From NCBI GenBank assembly GCA_938009905.1, contig CALLGK010000284.1:1-62866 (forward strand): a stretch of 62,866 nucleotides of DNA, given 5' to 3'. The notes below the pieces were generated by a model. That model saw only the letters and a program-made list of their open reading frames with translations, was not told the DNA's origin and made no database searches. Origin of the DNA: an uncultured Acidimicrobiales bacterium (lineage in GTDB: Bacteria; Actinomycetota; Acidimicrobiia; Acidimicrobiales; SZUA-35). Below, piece by piece: positions 62,371-62,866 of this stretch (within the stretch, counting starts at the first letter, position 1; each line of letters opens with the position of its first letter). Position numbers and translations under genes: made by a program.

Positions 62371-62866
62371 AGTTCGCTCGACGCAGCGTCTCAAGCACCG
62401 TTGGCGCAAGCTCGGGGTCGAGCGGGCCTCGCTTGGCGAAGGCCACCGAGTCGAGCCAGGCCTGGGCGATGGCAGGGGTGAGCTCGTACGTGGAAGCCAG
62501 TTCGTCGACGATGCCGTCTTTGCCGTGAAGCTGCCCTGCTTGGGCGACGACGGCGTCGACGATGCGGCCAACCTCGGTTGTGCGCCCGGTGAGGATCTCG
62601 TTGCGAGCGGCAAACACAAATGATGGCCACGGCGTCTTCTGCACGCCGACCTGCTGAAACTCGCCGGCTTCCACGAGCGGCCGGGTCATGAACTGGTCCC
62701 AGAGAAAGAGATCGGACTCGCCGTTGGCAAACGACTCCCGAGCTCCGGCCAATCCACCGGTCAGCACGAACTGCTCCTCATTGATGGTCCAGCCATGACG
62801 CTCGGCCTGGATGAACGCCATGAGGTGTGAACCAGAACGGAAACGGCTGATGGCGATGCGGGTGCC
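62363..62866 (-). CDS. ABC-type substrate-binding protein (NMT1/SsuA-like), partial: C-terminal part in window
   Basis: ORF 62363-62821 stays open to the right edge (upstream residues GTRIAISRFRSGSHLMAFIQAER...). The pattern resembles aliphatic-sulfonate/nitrate-type periplasmic binding proteins. This is a weak call. Confidence 0.5.
   Translation of the reverse strand, partial: GTRIAISRFRSGSHLMAFIQAERHGWTINEEQFVLTGGLAGARESFANGESDLFLWDQFMTRPLVEAGEFQQVGVQKTPWPSFVFAARNEILTGRTTEVGRIVDAVVAQAGQLHGKDGIVDELASTYELTPAIAQAWLDSVAFAKRGPLDPELAPTVLETLRRANFS

Noticed and set aside
1-62866. Search for mobile elements, prophage genes, toxin-antitoxin pairs, restriction-modification or other known defence systems.
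   Set aside because: No transposase, integrase, recombinase, phage structural, nuclease/helicase or methylase-pair signatures were seen in any called ORF. The only methyltransferase is rRNA-type.

Overview
This is a 62.9-kb high-GC chromosomal segment. Its gene content looks actinobacterial, which is an inference from CG0192-type, PspC, RIO-kinase and family-III CoA-transferase genes. I call about 60 protein-coding genes, densely packed on both strands, often with ATGA/GTGA start-stop overlaps. I found no rRNA, tRNA, transposase, integrase, CRISPR array or recognisable defence gene.

Most of the content is ordinary accessory metabolism:
- 4 SDRs, 2 Gfo/Idh/MocA oxidoreductases and 2 family-III CoA-transferases.
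- An acyl-CoA synthetase, an acyl-CoA dehydrogenase and 2 type-B carboxylesterases.
- An IlvD/Edd dehydratase, a transketolase-like E1 and a hydantoinase A/B pair behind uridine phosphorylase.
- A Zn/Mn-type ABC importer with a Fur-family regulator, a NarL-type two-component system, a GGDEF cyclase and a MocR regulator.

Items worth a second look:
1. A TlpA/ResA-like lipoprotein whose two active-site Cys positions are both in-frame TGA codons (W-TGA-P-V-TGA-N). This predicts a UxxU selenoprotein, and a small GGUC-loop hairpin lies at SECIS distance.
2. Unusual stop-codon usage, with TAG as the majority stop in a high-GC genome.
3. A family of about 50-bp long-stem palindromic intergenic elements, with 4 copies that bracket a RIO-kinase gene.
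4. A duplicated 48-bp hairpin element inside the udp-panE-hyuAB operon.
5. A lipoprotein fusing a CxxCH cytochrome-like module to a PHM/DBH-type copper monooxygenase with all copper ligands intact.
6. Several candidate operators and tandem repeats.

All family assignments come from motif recognition by eye. No database search was run.
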